Below are positions 24,301-37,300 of a DNA stretch of 64,000 bases, one piece after another. The DNA comes from Macrostomum lignano (Eukaryota). Positions within the stretch are counted from its first letter, which is position 1. Every line of letters starts with the position of its first letter. The notes beneath the pieces are model-generated. The model did not search any database. It was not told where the DNA came from and was given only the letters and a program-made list of their open reading frames with translations. Both the position numbers and the translations under genes were made by a program. The stretch spans positions 1 through 64,000 of the forward strand of contig NIVC01001550.1 in assembly GCA_002269645.1 (NCBI GenBank). The letters run 5' to 3'.

Positions 24301-27300
24301 CTTCACCCAGTCACTCCTTCACTCAGTCACTCCTTCACTCGATCACTCCTTCACCCAGTCACTCCTTCACTCAGTCACTCCTTTACTCGATCACTCCTTC
24401 ACCCAGTCACTCCTTCACTCAGTCACACCTTCACCCAGTCACTCCTTCACCCAGTCACTCCTTCATCCACTCACTCCTTCACCAGTCACTCCTTCACACA
24501 CAGTCACTCCTTCATCCACTCACTCCTTCACCAGTCACTCCTTCATCCAGTCACTCCTTCACCCAGTCACTCCTTCACCCAGTCACTCCTTCACCCAGTC
24601 ACTCATTCACCAGTCACTCCTTCACCCAGTCACTCCTTCACCCAGTCACTCCTTCACCCAGTCACTCCTTCATCCACTCACTCCTTCACCAGTCACTCCT
24701 TCACCCAGTCACTCCTTCACCCAGTCACTCATTCACCAGTCACTCCTTCATCCAGTCACTCCTTCACCCAGTCACTCCTTCACCCAGTCACTCCTTCACC
24801 CAGTCACTCCTTCACCCAGTCACTCCTTCACCCAGTCACTCCTTCACCCAGTCACTCCTTCACCCAGTCACTCCTTCACCCAGTCACTTTGAGACACGAT
24901 ATCCCAGATATTTTGAGACAGGGAGCCAACAGTGTAACTAATATCATATTGGATGGATTGGCTGCCCCATTGCACGTAACAGCAACGGAGATTGTCAGGC
25001 CTTTTCGTGATAGAGTGATGGAATATGACGCTTGAGATGCAGAAAGTGGAATGAAATGAAAAATTCTGCGGTTACATGCTATGGCAGAGTTTTATATGGC
25101 TGAGACTTTCCAATGCAGTTAACAAAATATTTTTGTACTTTAAACCCTCCCACAGAACGCCGTGCGGCATAACCTGTCCCTGCACAAGTGCTTCACTCGG
25201 GTGGAAAACGTCAAAGGCGCAGTTTGGACAGTGGACGATTCCGAATTTCACAGGCGGCGCCTGCAGCGAGGACCGGGGGTTTTGCAGTGAGTACACAGCT
25301 ATGGTGTACACAGATATTATTTGTACATAGCTATGGTGTACACAGCTATGATCTACACAGCTATGATGTACACAGATATTATTTACACACAGATATGATG
25401 TACACAGATATGATGTATACAGTTATAATGTACACAGCTATGGTGTACACAGCTATGGTGTACACAGCTATAATGTACACAGACACAGCTATGGTGTACA
25501 CAGCTATGGTGTACACAGCTATGGTGTACACAGCTATAGTGTACACAGCTATGGTGTACACAGCTATGGTGTACACAGCTATGGTGTACACAGCTATAGT
25601 GTACACAGCTATAGTGTACACAGCTATGGTGTACACAGCTATAGTGTACACAGCTATGGTGTACACAGCCAAGGACTTGATAAACTTAGCGACGCTGCGG
25701 ATGTAAAAGGGAAAAGGATTGGAATCTCAGATACCAATACGCCTCTCAGTCTTTGGCAAACTACCCAACCTGTACATTCCATAACAGCTCCAGCTCGTCC
25801 CATTCGGAGACGTCCGCGGCCATCCAACGCCAGCGGTCCCTGTCCCCGGCGACTCTGGCCGGGTGCGGCGGCAGTCAGACGGCCGATGTGAGTTGCCAGC
25901 CAAAGTTGAAGTTAGAAGTCAGATTGGAAAGATGCTTGATCTGTTTAATTTTGCACCTAAATTTCAGGTCGACAGCAGTCTGGTGGACAAGGAAGAGGTG
26001 TCTATGCAGTACAAACAGGAACTCAAGTGAGCTCTTTACCACCAATATGATTATAGCTCAGTATGAGCTCAGTAATGATTATGATTATATAATTATAGCA
26101 TTGAACTATAAGTAGGGCACAAAGGAGTTTAAACTCTGAATTACTTCCCGTTTAGTGTACTCATAGTAGCATTGCCTGTTCGCGCTTTTCACAGCGCTGG
26201 CAATCTGGGAGTTGGGGCTGGCAATCTGAGAGTTGGGGCTGGCAATCTGAGAGTTGGGGCTGGCAATCTGAGAGTTGTGGCTGGCAATCTGAGAGTTGGG
26301 GCTGGCAATCTGAGAGTTGGGGTTGGCAATCTGAGAGTTGGGGCTGGCAATCTGAGAGTTGGGGCTGGCAATCTGAGAGTTGTGGCTGTCAATCTGAGAG
26401 TTGTGGCTGGCAATCTGAGATTTGTGGCTGCATGGCAATCTGGGAGTTGGAGCTGGCAATCTGAGAGTTGTGGCTGGCAATCTGAGAGTTGTGGCTGGAA
26501 ATCTGAGAGTTGTGGCTGCATGGCAATCTGGGAGTTGGGGCTGGAAATCTGAGAGTTGTGGCTCGCAATCTGGGAGTTGGGGCCGGCAATCTGAGAGTTG
26601 TGGCTGGCAATTTGAGAGTTGTGGCTAGCAATCTGAGAGTTGTGGCTGGCAATCTGAGAGTTGTGACTGGCAATCTGAGAGTTGTGGCTGGCAATCTGAG
26701 AGTTGTGGCTGGCAATCTGAGAGTTGTGGCTGGCAATCTGAGAGTTGTGGCTGGCAATCTGAGAGTTGTGGCTGGAAATCTGAGAGTTGTGGCTGCATGG
26801 CAATCTGGGAGTTGGGGCTGGCAATCTGGGAGTTGGGGCCGGCAATCTGAGAGTTGTGGCTGCATGGCAATCTGGGAGTTGGGGCTGGCAATCTGGGAGT
26901 TGGGGCCGGCAATCTGAGAGTTGTGGCTGCATGGCAATCTGGGAGTTGGGGCTGGCAATCTGAGAGTTGTAGCTGGCAATCTGAGAGTTGGGGCTGGCAA
27001 TCTGAGAGTTGGGGCTGGCAATCTGAGAGTTGGGGCTGGCAATCTGAGAGCTGCGAATTTCGATTCAGGACAGACAAATCGGAACAGACAGATCAGGTCA
27101 GACAGACAGATCAGGTCAGACAGACAGATTAGGTCAGACAGACAAATCAGGTCAGACAGACAAATCAGGTCAGATAGACAAATCAGGTAAGACAGACAAA
27201 TCAGGTCAGACAGACAGATCAGGTCAGACAGACAAATCAGGTCAGACAGACAAATCAGGTCAGATAGACAAATCAGGTAAGACAGACAAATCAGGTCAGA

Positions 27301-27740
27301 CAGACAGATCAGGTCAGACAGACAAATCAGGTCAGACAGACAAATCAGGTCAGACAGACAAATCAGGTCAGACAGACAGATCAGGTCAGACAGACAAATC
27401 AGGTCAGACAGACAAATCAGGTCAGACAGACAAATCAGGTCAGACAGACAGACCAGGTCAGACAGACAAATTGGAACAGACAGACCTGACTGCTCTGTCC
27501 GCACCCACTGGCAACCGCAGCCGCTCGCTCCCGCCCAGAGAGCCGCCGGACTCGGACGCGAATTCCGAGGAGGCCACGAGCCTCTGGGCCAGGGAGAAGC
27601 GGGCCAAGCTTGACTTTGCTGCCGGCCAGCACCGCCGGCTCTCCGCCGGGTCTCAGATCGCCGCGGACTTCAGCGCCAGCGCCAGCGGCAGCGGCGACAA
27701 CAGACCTTCGCCACCGACTCTGCAAGGACCGGAGGCCTGA
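20223..27740 (+). CDS. FoxP: Forkhead box P transcription factor (8 coding exons, ~605 aa)
   Basis: Exons 20223-20321, 20566-21595, 22150-22226, 22317-22418, 25156-25286, 25788-25887, 25968-26026 and 27521-27740, with consistent phases. PolyQ tracts, C2H2 finger (CRWPGC...H...EH), leucine zipper, and forkhead domain [17 protein letters not shown]...[10 protein letters not shown]...[31 protein letters not shown]. The start codon and exon-2 acceptor (AAG) are less certain. Confidence 0.95.
21682..22033. repeat. 32-bp CpG-rich minisatellite, FoxP intron 2
   Basis: Unit TGATTCTGGTTGCGCGCTTCTAGCACACGACG, ~11 copies. Confidence 0.95.
22520..23180. repeat. TCAC/TCAT/TCAG-rich simple repeat, FoxP intron 4 (5' block)
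   Basis: TCACTCATTCACTCAGTCAGTCAA-type repeats. Confidence 0.9.
23352..23642 (+). CDS. Candidate cryptic/alternative FoxP exon with weak similarity to the second forkhead exon
   Basis: Phase-0 acceptor ctctcaaag at 23351; [35 protein letters not shown]...; donor CAG|GTATTT at 23561/62, or read-through to the stop at 23642; GC-rich island inside an AT-rich intron. Confidence 0.35.
   Translation, partial: RGNAILSELFIKQSCRVSAQKQWLDRENNTFRRRLGQLQFNQLMQRPPQAVIKSRRKAADQVPGTPTQQQVFILRVLCSDHPVADFSAQYYGSPKC
24222..24888. repeat. TCACTCCTTCACCCAG 16-bp repeat, FoxP intron 4 (3' block)
   Basis: Direct reading. Confidence 0.9.
25292..25668. repeat. 15-bp minisatellite, FoxP intron 5
   Basis: Unit TACACAGCTATGGTG, starting right after the donor. 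Confidence 0.95.
26197..27050. repeat. 21-bp minisatellite, FoxP intron 7
   Basis: Unit GGCAATCTGAGAGTTGTGGCT. Confidence 0.95.
27068..27485. repeat. 18-bp minisatellite, FoxP intron 7
   Basis: Unit AGACAGACAAATCAGGTC. Confidence 0.95.
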
Positions 27741-28131
27741 TCGAGTGGACACCTGGATTAGACACCCACTGGCTGCATGATACACTCGGTCCTCTAATGA
27801 CTCATTCGCCATTCCCAACCATTCTGCGAAAATTTTTCCGCGGTGAAGTTTTTCCGCCGAGATTGGCGCCCTTTTAAATTTGCTTATGCTGTCTCCTACC
27901 AGAGAACTATAAAAATGATGCAAGAATGATTTACACATACCTCTACATGCTTTAGTGCTAGTGTGCGCATGTATGAAGTATGTGCTTTTTATTAGAGGCA
28001 TGGGGGCTGTGTGCACCCTGGCGCACTTCAAGAGACATTGTCGCACAACCGGCGAGAGGCATTACTGCCCATTCCACCGACTCCTCTGAGCAGGCACACA
28101 AGCGCGCGGATTCGCAGCCATACGCGCACAA

Positions 28132-28190
28132 CACAGGAGTGTACAGCGGTCCTGACTTTATTTATCGTTCGGCATGTACACTTCACTGTG
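28132..28190 (+). other. Dispersed ~60-nt hairpin element, copy 1 (downstream of FoxP)
   Basis: CACAGGAGTGTACA...GAC...GTT...TGTACACTTCACTGTG; related to 58418-58474 and 38358-38418. Confidence 0.55.
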
Positions 28191-29179
28191 CCTCACTGAA
28201 GTCCGTTAATTGCACGAGCAGAGAGAGCCAAGCCGAGATTCCAATTCGTCTCGCAGATTTCCGAAAAGATTCTAGGCCCTAAAAGAACAGGTTTTTCAAA
28301 TGCCTAATATTGACAGCAAAACCTCGGCCAGGAAAGTTTCAAGTAGACAAACTTCTGCGAGAAAATCTCATTAGACCGGTACACAAGCAAATGGGTGTAC
28401 AGCGGCCCTCATCAAATGTCTGGAGAATCTTCCCCCCTCCAGGGCATCCCCGCCATCATAGCGATTATTTTAATAGTCCTATCTTCTTTGTTGCTAACTT
28501 TACCCTCTAGTCTTTGTGTCATTATTCTACAAGCTCGCAGCTTTAGGCCATGTCACGTTGTTTTTGCAAACTTTTTATCATTATTATTCATATATACATT
28601 CGAAGGTCATAGCACTCGTTCAACCAGGCCATAGTGTGCAATCAGGCTATAAACTGTCATTGTGTCGTCCTTGTTCTTGTGTGCTGCCCTCCCTCCACTG
28701 GAATCCTGCAAGTTAGTCCTATCAGTGCGTGTTGTTTCCATTTTTTTGTAATTCTGTTTCGTGCACTCCAAGGCGAATGATTTTATTCTTTAAACAAACA
28801 AAAAACCCAACGAGCTTAGACTTCAATTTAGCGCTTTATTATATTGTCCATTCCTAAGTAACTAAACATACTCAACATATCGGTAGTTGACATATTCATG
28901 GTAAATATGCGAGAAAGTCTCCACTAGGGAATCGCACCTCATAGGACCTTTGTGCTCGCTGCTATACTCCTGTGTTGCTTTTAACTCCCCGTGTTCAGTG
29001 CTAATTTACACGCTATTGATAATAACAAATTCACGCGTGTGCAGCATTGTACAAATAAAATTAGCTGATCTAATATTCCTTGGTTAGTAAAGTCAGCAAC
29101 TCCTTGCCTTTTTACTCTATATATTACATGCATTTGGCACCGATACCTCATGCATAACTTATTCTACTTACATGTACCT

Positions 29180-31130
29180 CACGTCACTCTTAGCTACCTC
29201 ACACATCTCTCCCTTAGCTACCTCACATCACTCTCCCTTAGCTACCTCACACATCACTCTCCCTTAGCTACCTCACACATCACTCTCCCTTAGCTACCTC
29301 ACACATCACTCTCCCTTAGCTACCTCACACATCACTCTCCCTTAGCTACCTCACACATCACTCTCCCTTAGCTACCTCACACATCACTCTCCCTTAGCTA
29401 CCTCACACATCACTCTCCCTTAGCTACCTCACACATCACTCTCCCTTAGCTACCTCACACATCACTCTCCCTTAGCTACCTCACACATCACTCTCCCTTA
29501 GCTACCTCACACATCACTCTCCCTTAGCTACCTCACACATCACTCTCCCTTAGCTACCTCACACATCACTCTCCCTTAGCTACCTCACACATCACTCTCC
29601 CTTAGCTACCTCACACATCACTCTCCCTTAGCTACCTCACACATCACTCTCCCTTAGCTACCTCACACATCACTCTTAGCTACCTCACACATCACTCTTA
29701 GCTACCTCACACATCACTCTTAGCCACCTCACATATCACCCTTAGCTACCTCACATATCACTCTTAGCAACCTCACACATCACTCTTAGCTACCTCACAC
29801 ATCACTATTAGTAACCTCACACATCACTCTTAGCTACCTCACACATCACTCTTAGAAACCTCACACATCACTCTTAGTAACCTCACACATCACTCTTAGC
29901 TACCTCACACATCACTCTCCCTTAGCTACCTCACACATCACTCTCCCTTAGCTACCTCACACATCACTCTCCCTTAGCTACCTCACACATCACTCTCCCT
30001 TAGCTACCTCACACATCACTCTCCCTTAGCTACCTCACACATCACTCTCCCTTAGCTACCTCACACATCACTCTTAGCTACCTCACACATCACTCTTAGC
30101 TACCTCACACATCACTCTTAGCCACCTCACATATCACCCTTAGCTACCTCACATATCACTCTTAGCAACCTCACACATCACTCTTAGCTACCTCACACAT
30201 CACTATTAGTAACCTCACACATCACTCTTAGCTACCTCACACATCACTCTTAGAAACCTCACACATCACTCTTAGTAACCTCACACATCACTCTTAGCTA
30301 CCTCACACATCACTATTAGCAAACTCACACATCACTCTTAGATACCTTACACATCACTCTTAGCTACCTCACATATCACTCTTAGCTACCTCGCTCATCA
30401 CTCTTAGCTACCTCACATATCACCCTTAGCTACCTCACATATCACTCTTAGCAACCTTACACATCACTCTTAGTAACCTCACACATCACTCTTAGCTACC
30501 TCACATATCACTCTTAGCAACCTCACACAACACTCTTAGCAACCTCACACATCACTCTTAGCAACCTTACACATCACTCTTAGCTACCTCACATATCACC
30601 CTTAGCTACCTCATATATCACTCTTAGCAACCTCACATATCACTCTTAGCTACCTCACACATCACTCTTAGCAACCTCACACATCACTCTTAGCTACCTC
30701 ACACATCACTCTTAGCAACCTCACACATCACTCTTAGCAACCTCACATATCACTCTTAGCTACCTCACACATCACTCTTAGCAACCTCACACATCACTCT
30801 TAGCAACCTCACACATCACTCTTAGCAACCTCACACATCACTCTTAGCAACCTCACACATCACTCTTAGCAACCTCACACATCACTCTTAGCAACCTCAC
30901 ATATCACTCTTAGCTACCTCACACATCACTCTTAGCAACCTCACACATCACTCTTAGCAACCTCACACATCACTCTTAGCAACCTCACACATCACTCTTA
31001 GCAACCTCACACATCACTCTTAGCAACCTCACACATCACTCTTAGCAACCTCACACATCACTCTTAGCAACCTCACACATCACTCTTAGCAACCTCACAC
31101 ATCACTCTTAGCTACCTCACACATCACTCT
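29180..31130. repeat. 26/22-bp minisatellite with higher-order duplication
   Basis: Units TAGCTACCTCACACATCACTCTCCCT and TAGC(T/A)ACCTCACACATCACTCT. Confidence 0.95.
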
Positions 31131-31904
31131 TTAGAAATTCATAGCAAATTCATAGTAAGAAGTCAACAACCTGATTAAGCGATAAATTTAGTTACAAAAA
31201 CTATCAGAGATACAGAGAAAAACGAGCAATTACTGAAACTGGTAAATTTCCTTTATTTAGACAGACGATATTCAACAGTTAAAAAGATTTTCGAGAGCAA
31301 CGATATCATCCTTATTAATTGCGATATAAGAGGCTAACGCCCTAGAGACAGAGCCTGATAAAAGGGATTGGTGCAAGCAAGCACGGCATCAATTTCTGTG
31401 TCCCAGCTGAAACTCGACCTCGTCCGGCTCGAGCGGATGCACTTTTTCTGCAAAGCCTGAAATCCAGGCAACAGGCGTCCAATAACAAACTAGCTATATA
31501 TAAAACTAAGCCCGGTGTAAACAAGGCTTATCCAGCACTGAGAGATGAGAAGCTAAAAATTCTGCATTGCAACAATTTTTTTGGCGTAAACAACAAACAA
31601 CTGCCGGCTGTTATCCAGCGCAATGCGGTATCTTGAGAAAGTGTGCCAAACAGAATGTTCTATTTTTAGACACCGGGGAAGGAGGCCGCGATTTTGAAGG
31701 TTTTAGAAAAACACGAGCCGCGGCCCGCGCTGTTCAGGACAAATGCTGCGCGGCGCGACTGGACATGGACGCCTAAAGTGACGCCGGAATGGAAAGCTAA
31801 CAAGAGACGATTAGGCTAACAATTCACAATTGGGATCAATAACAGATGGGACTGCATGTTTGGGACACCTTGGCTGCTTCTTGCTAATGTGCCCGTTATT
31901 CAAG

Positions 31905-32582
31905 CTTCAGCTGTCCTTGTCCATCCTTAGCTCAGCTGTCCTTGTCCATCCTTAGCTCAGCTGTCCTTGTCCATCATTAGCTCAGCTGTCCTTGTCCATC
32001 CTTAGCTCAGCTGTCCTTGTCCATCCTTAGCTCAGCTGTCCTTGTCCATCCTTAGCTCAACTGTCCTTGTCCCTCATTAGCTCAGCTGTCCTTGTCCATC
32101 CTTAGCTCACAGGTCCATCCTTAGCTCAGCTGTCCATCCTTAGCTCACCTGTCCTTGTCCATCCTTAGCTCAGCTGTCCTTGTCCATCATTAGCTCAGCT
32201 GTCCTTGTCCATCCTTAGCTCAGCTGTCCTTGTCCATCCTTAGCTCAGCTGTCCTTGTCCATCCTTAGCTCAGCTGTCCTTGTCCATCCTTAGCTCAAAT
32301 GTCCTTGTCCCTCATTAGCTCAGCTGTCCTTGTCCATCCTTAGCTCACCTGTCCATCCTTAGCTCACCTGTCCTTGTCCATCCTTAGCTCACCTATCCTT
32401 GTCCATACTTAGCTCACCTGTCCATCCTTAGCTCACCTGTCCTTGTCCATCCTTAGCTCAGCTGTCCTTGTCCATCCTTAGCTCAGCTGTCCTTGTCCAT
32501 CCTTAGCTCAGCTGTCCTTGTCCATCCTTAGCTCACCTATCCTTGTCCATCCCTTAGCTCAGCTGTCCTCGTCCCTCATTAA
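31905..32582. repeat. 25-bp minisatellite
   Basis: Unit AGCTCAGCTGTCCTTGTCCATCCTT. Confidence 0.95.
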
Positions 32583-33084
32583 CTAGTGCCTCTTATCGAA
32601 AGTACACCCAGATTTTTCTGCGCCATTTCCGGCTTAGTCCAAGTGATTCGATTAGGAGTCCTTGGTGCAAGGCGTTAAGCAAGAAAAGCTAGCTGCGACC
32701 TCACGCTCACTCCTGCGCACCTTGGCCTAAACCCCGGGTGTTTACAAAGCCTGCTGCTGCTGCAAGATCGCACGCACCGGCCGTTCGTTCTGCTGCGACT
32801 CAAAAACAAGGGGTAGAGAACTTCACTGGAAAGGGGTGGGTGGCCTCGGTGGCGTTAGGAAAGAAGTTAGCTAGCAATATCATGCGCTTTCACGGCGGTA
32901 AACAGCCCTGCTGACCTGGCTAAACGCGCAGATAAACAATTCTTAGGGGCAGCAAAATTGTTACAAACAAATAGAAAAATTTAGTAACACTGCGTTGCAC
33001 TGATCTTCTCGTTTTGGAGAATGTTGACTCAATAAAGAAACTATATTGACTACGGTGTAAACTTCACTTGTACAGTACGACTAA

Positions 33085-33905
33085 CAGACTAAGACTTGGC
33101 TCATAAGCATTTCAATGACCTATTGAGACTTTGCTAATAAACAATTCTATGACCAACTGAGACTTCGCCCATAAACAATTCTATGACCAACTGAGACTTC
33201 GCCCATAAACAATTCTATGTCCAATTGAGATTGAGCTCATAAACGATTCTATGACCAATTGAGACTTTGCTAATAAACAATTCTATGACCAACTAAGACT
33301 TCGCTCATAAACAATTCTATGACCAATTGAGATTGAGCTCATAAAAACTTCTATGACCAATTGAGACTTCGCTCATAAACGATTCTATGACCAATTGAGA
33401 CTTCGCTCATAAACGATTCTATGACCAATTGAGACTTCGCTCATAAACGATTCTATGACCAATTGAGACTTCGCTCATAAACGATTCTATGACCATTGAA
33501 ACTTCGCTCATAAATGATTTTATGGCTGATTGAGACTGCTCATAACTATGACCAATTGAGACTTCGCTCATAAACGATTCTATGACCAATCGAGACTTCG
33601 CTCATAAACGATTCTATGACCAATTGAGACTTCGCTCATAAACGATTCTATGACCAATCGAGACTTCGCTCATAAACGATTCTATGACCAATTGAGACTT
33701 CGCTCATAAACGATTCTATGACCAATTGAGACTTCGCTCATAAACGATTCTATGACCAATTGAGACTTCGCTCATAAACGATTCTATGACCAATTGAGAC
33801 TTCGCTCATAAACGATTCTATGACCAATTGAGACTTCACTCATAACTATGACCAATTGAGACTTCGCTCATAAACGATTTTATGACCGGGATATAATTCG
33901 CTCAT
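33085..33905. repeat. 34-bp minisatellite
   Basis: Unit TTGAGACTTCGCTCATAAACGATTCTATGACCAA. Confidence 0.95.
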
Positions 33906-34347
33906 AAACACTTAAAGCCTCACAGACTATGAGGCCTGAGAGACAGACTGTGTGAGACGCAGACAAGAAATTTCATTAAGAAGTCAGTATCTATGCTGCA
34001 GAGGAATAAGCAAACAGAGCATAAATGGGGCAGCTGTGTAGGCCATAATTTGATGATGCCTTGAGCGACTTCAAGTGGGAAGAGTAGGGGAGCATATTCA
34101 CCTGCGTGAGGGTCGAAAATGATCCCTCCCCGGATTGAAATTGAGTTTTTTGTCAATCTCAAATAGCCGGAGATAGCGATAATTTAATGCACTTTAATCA
34201 GCTGACACTCTTGTTTACGATAACAGATTTCAACAGATGCCGCATGCTAATAATATTACTGATGAGTAGCGAGTTGAAAAAATATCGCAAAAATACACAA
34301 TAATTCCTAAAAAATGCCGGCAGCATTAAAAACGCTTTTAGTCGGCC

Positions 34348-37300
34348 TCACTTCCGCTTAGAGCTGGTGACGTTCCAATCGAATAAGGTGCCGCCGCCGC
34401 CGCGTGGACCGCCACGCTGGCCGCCGCGTGAGCCGCCACGCTGGCCGCCGCGCTGACCGCCGGCTCTACCTGGCCTTCTCCCTGACTGCCGGCCCCGCTG
34501 ACCGCCGCCGCCGCCTTCATCGCTGTCCGAGTCCTCGATAACCAAAGAGGCAGCAGAGGCGGCGGCCTTCGACTTTGAGCCACGGCCGCCACCGGCGCGA
34601 TCCATTTTCAAGTCGCCGCCGTCGTCGTCAATTTCCTCTGCGTCGCTGTCAATACCGTCGAATATTAAGGAGGCCCGGCTAGAGGCGCCGCCGCGCTTCC
34701 GCTGACCGCCTCCGCCGCCGTGCCCGCCTCTGCTGCCGCGCCCGCCGCGGCTTCCTCGCCCACGGCCGGCCGGCGCCCGCGCCGATTCGTTGTTGACGTC
34801 GCCGGCGTCGCTATCAGCGTCGCTTCCAATGCCGCCGCCTCCAGGCAGCTGGCTAAGCGTCCGGTTGACTTCTTCGCGACGCTCTGACTCGCTTCGGCTG
34901 GCCATCAGGCGGCGAAAGTCGGCCAGGGCCCGGTCGAGGTCGGCCCCGGTGGCGCCGGAGCAGCCGCGCTCGGTCAGGAAGCTGAGCGCCCTGCCGCACT
35001 GGTGCTCGGCTATGCAGGCCATGGCGTCGCGACGGAAATTGTCCACGTAGGTGTGCACGGCCAGGCCCAGGCCCTCGGAGGTGAGCACGCTCAGCTGGGC
35101 GCCGGACTGCTCAAGCCAGCGCCCGATCAGCTTGTCCAGGTTCACCGAGTCCAAGCTGGGATCGTCGCCAATGTGCGCGTCCGGCTGCGGCTCGTTACCG
35201 TCGCCATCGACGAAGGTGACTCGGCCGGCTTGGCCGAAGCCGCGGCCGGTTTGGCCTGGGTCACGTGACTGCAAGTTGGTATTGTTTGGCTAATTAGGAT
35301 ATTAGGATAATTTCGGTCAAAGGGGATAATTTCGGTCAAGGGGATAATTTCGGTCAAAGGGGATAATTTCGGTCAAGGGGATAATTTCGGTCAAAGGGGA
35401 TAATTTCGGTCAAAGGGGATAATTTCGGTCAAGGGGATAATTTCGGTCAAAGGGGATAATTTCGGTCAAAGGGGATAATTTCGGTCAAGGGGATAATTTC
35501 GGTCAAGGGGATAATTTCGGTCAAAGGGGATAATTTCGGTCAAGGGGGATAATTTCGGTCAAAGGGGATAATTTCGGTCAAGGGGATAATTTCGGTCAAA
35601 GAGGATAATTTCGGTCAAAGGGGATAATTTCGGTCATGGGAGTCTCTACGAGTCTATCGGGACAGCGCTCTCGCTAACGGCACCTGCTGCAAGTTAAACA
35701 AAATTGGTCGCGGTTAGTACACAGCCACAATACTTTGATAGCTCACCTTGCAGAACAGCAGCAAATCCCTGGGATTGGCCACTCTGCCAACGAATCGTTG
35801 GGCAAATTTCTGTCCGCTGAAAGTCTCGTATCCGCCCGTGTAGTCGATGCGGAGTCGAACCAGCGGCAGCTCCGGCGCCTTCGGGCGGCGCTGCGACTCC
35901 GCCCGCTCGATTAGCAGCTCCACTTGGGCGGCAACCAGGGCCTGCGATCGAGGGAAATAAGCATGGCGGCTGCGTTGCACTACTCATAATAGGATCGAAT
36001 GCGTGCATCTTTGTGGAATTGAATAGCAGCTGTTGAGCTGGAACCTTACCTGACAGGGGAAGTGGGGATTAGTACAGCTGCTTTAAACCCCACCTGAGAA
36101 CTGACTGGGGAAAAGTGGGGATTAGTACAGCTGCTTTAAACCCCACCTGAGAACTGACTGGGTAAAAGTGGGGATTAGCGCAGCTGCTTTAAATCCCACC
36201 TGAGAACTGACTGGGGAAAAGTGGGGATTAGTACAGCTGCTTTAAACCCCACCTGAGAACTGACTGGGGAAAAGTGGGGATTAGCGCAGCTGCTTTGAAT
36301 CCCACCTGAGAACTGACTGGGTAAAAGTGGGGATTAGCACAACTGCTTTGAATCCCACCTGAGAACTGACTGGGGAAAAGTGGGGATTAGTACTGTAGTA
36401 CAGCTGCTTTAAACCCCACCTGAGAACTGACTGGGGAAAAGTGGAGATAAGCGCAGCTGCTTTGAATCCCACCTGAGAACTGACTGGGGAAAAGTGGGGA
36501 TTAGTACAACTGCTTTGAATCCCACCTGAGAACTGACTGGGGAAAAGTGGGGATTAGCACAACTGCTTTGAATCCCACCTGAGAACTGACTGGGGAAAAG
36601 TGGGGATTAGTACAACTGCTTTGAATCCCACCTGAGAACTGACTGGGGAAAAGTGGGGATTAGCGCAGCTGCTTTGAATCCCACCTGAGAACTGACTGGG
36701 GAAAAGTGGGCATTAGCGCAGCTGCTTTAAATCCCACCTGAGAACTGACTGGGGAAAAGTGGGGATTAGTACAGCTGCTTTAAACCCCACCTGAGAACTG
36801 ACTGGGGAAAAGTGGGGATTAGTACAGCTGCTTTAAACCCCACCTGAGAACTGACTGGGGAAAAGTGGGGATTAGCGCAGCTGCTTTGAATCCCACCTGA
36901 GAACTGACTGGGTAAAAGTGGGGATTAGCACAACTGCTTTGAATCCCACCTGAGAACTGACTGGGGAAAAGTGGGGATTAGTACAGCTGCTTTGAATCCC
37001 ACCTGAGAACTGACTGGGGAAAAGTGGGGATTAGTACAGCTGCTTTAAAACCTACCTGAGAACTGACTGGGGAAAAGTGGGGATTAGCACAACTGCTTTG
37101 AATCCCACCTGAGAACTGACTGGGGAAAAGTGGGGATTAGTACAACTGCTTTGAATCCCACCTGAGAACTGACTGGGGAAAAGTGGGGATTAGCACAACT
37201 GCTTTGAATCCCACCTGAGAACTGACTGGGGAAAAGTGGGGATTAGCGCAGCTGCTTTGAATCCCACCTGAGAACTGACTGGGGAAAAGTGGGCATTAGC

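Noticed and set aside
26106-27504. Multiple long repetitive ORFs on both strands
   Set aside because: 21-bp and 18-bp satellites inside FoxP intron 7.
27435-28046. 203-aa minus-strand ORF
   Set aside because: Antisense shadow of the GC-rich last FoxP exon.
28132-28190. CACAGTG (RSS/Transib-like heptamer) at one end of the dispersed hairpin
   Set aside because: No 5-bp TSD, no nonamer, and homology continues past the putative termini, so a Transib MITE is not supported.
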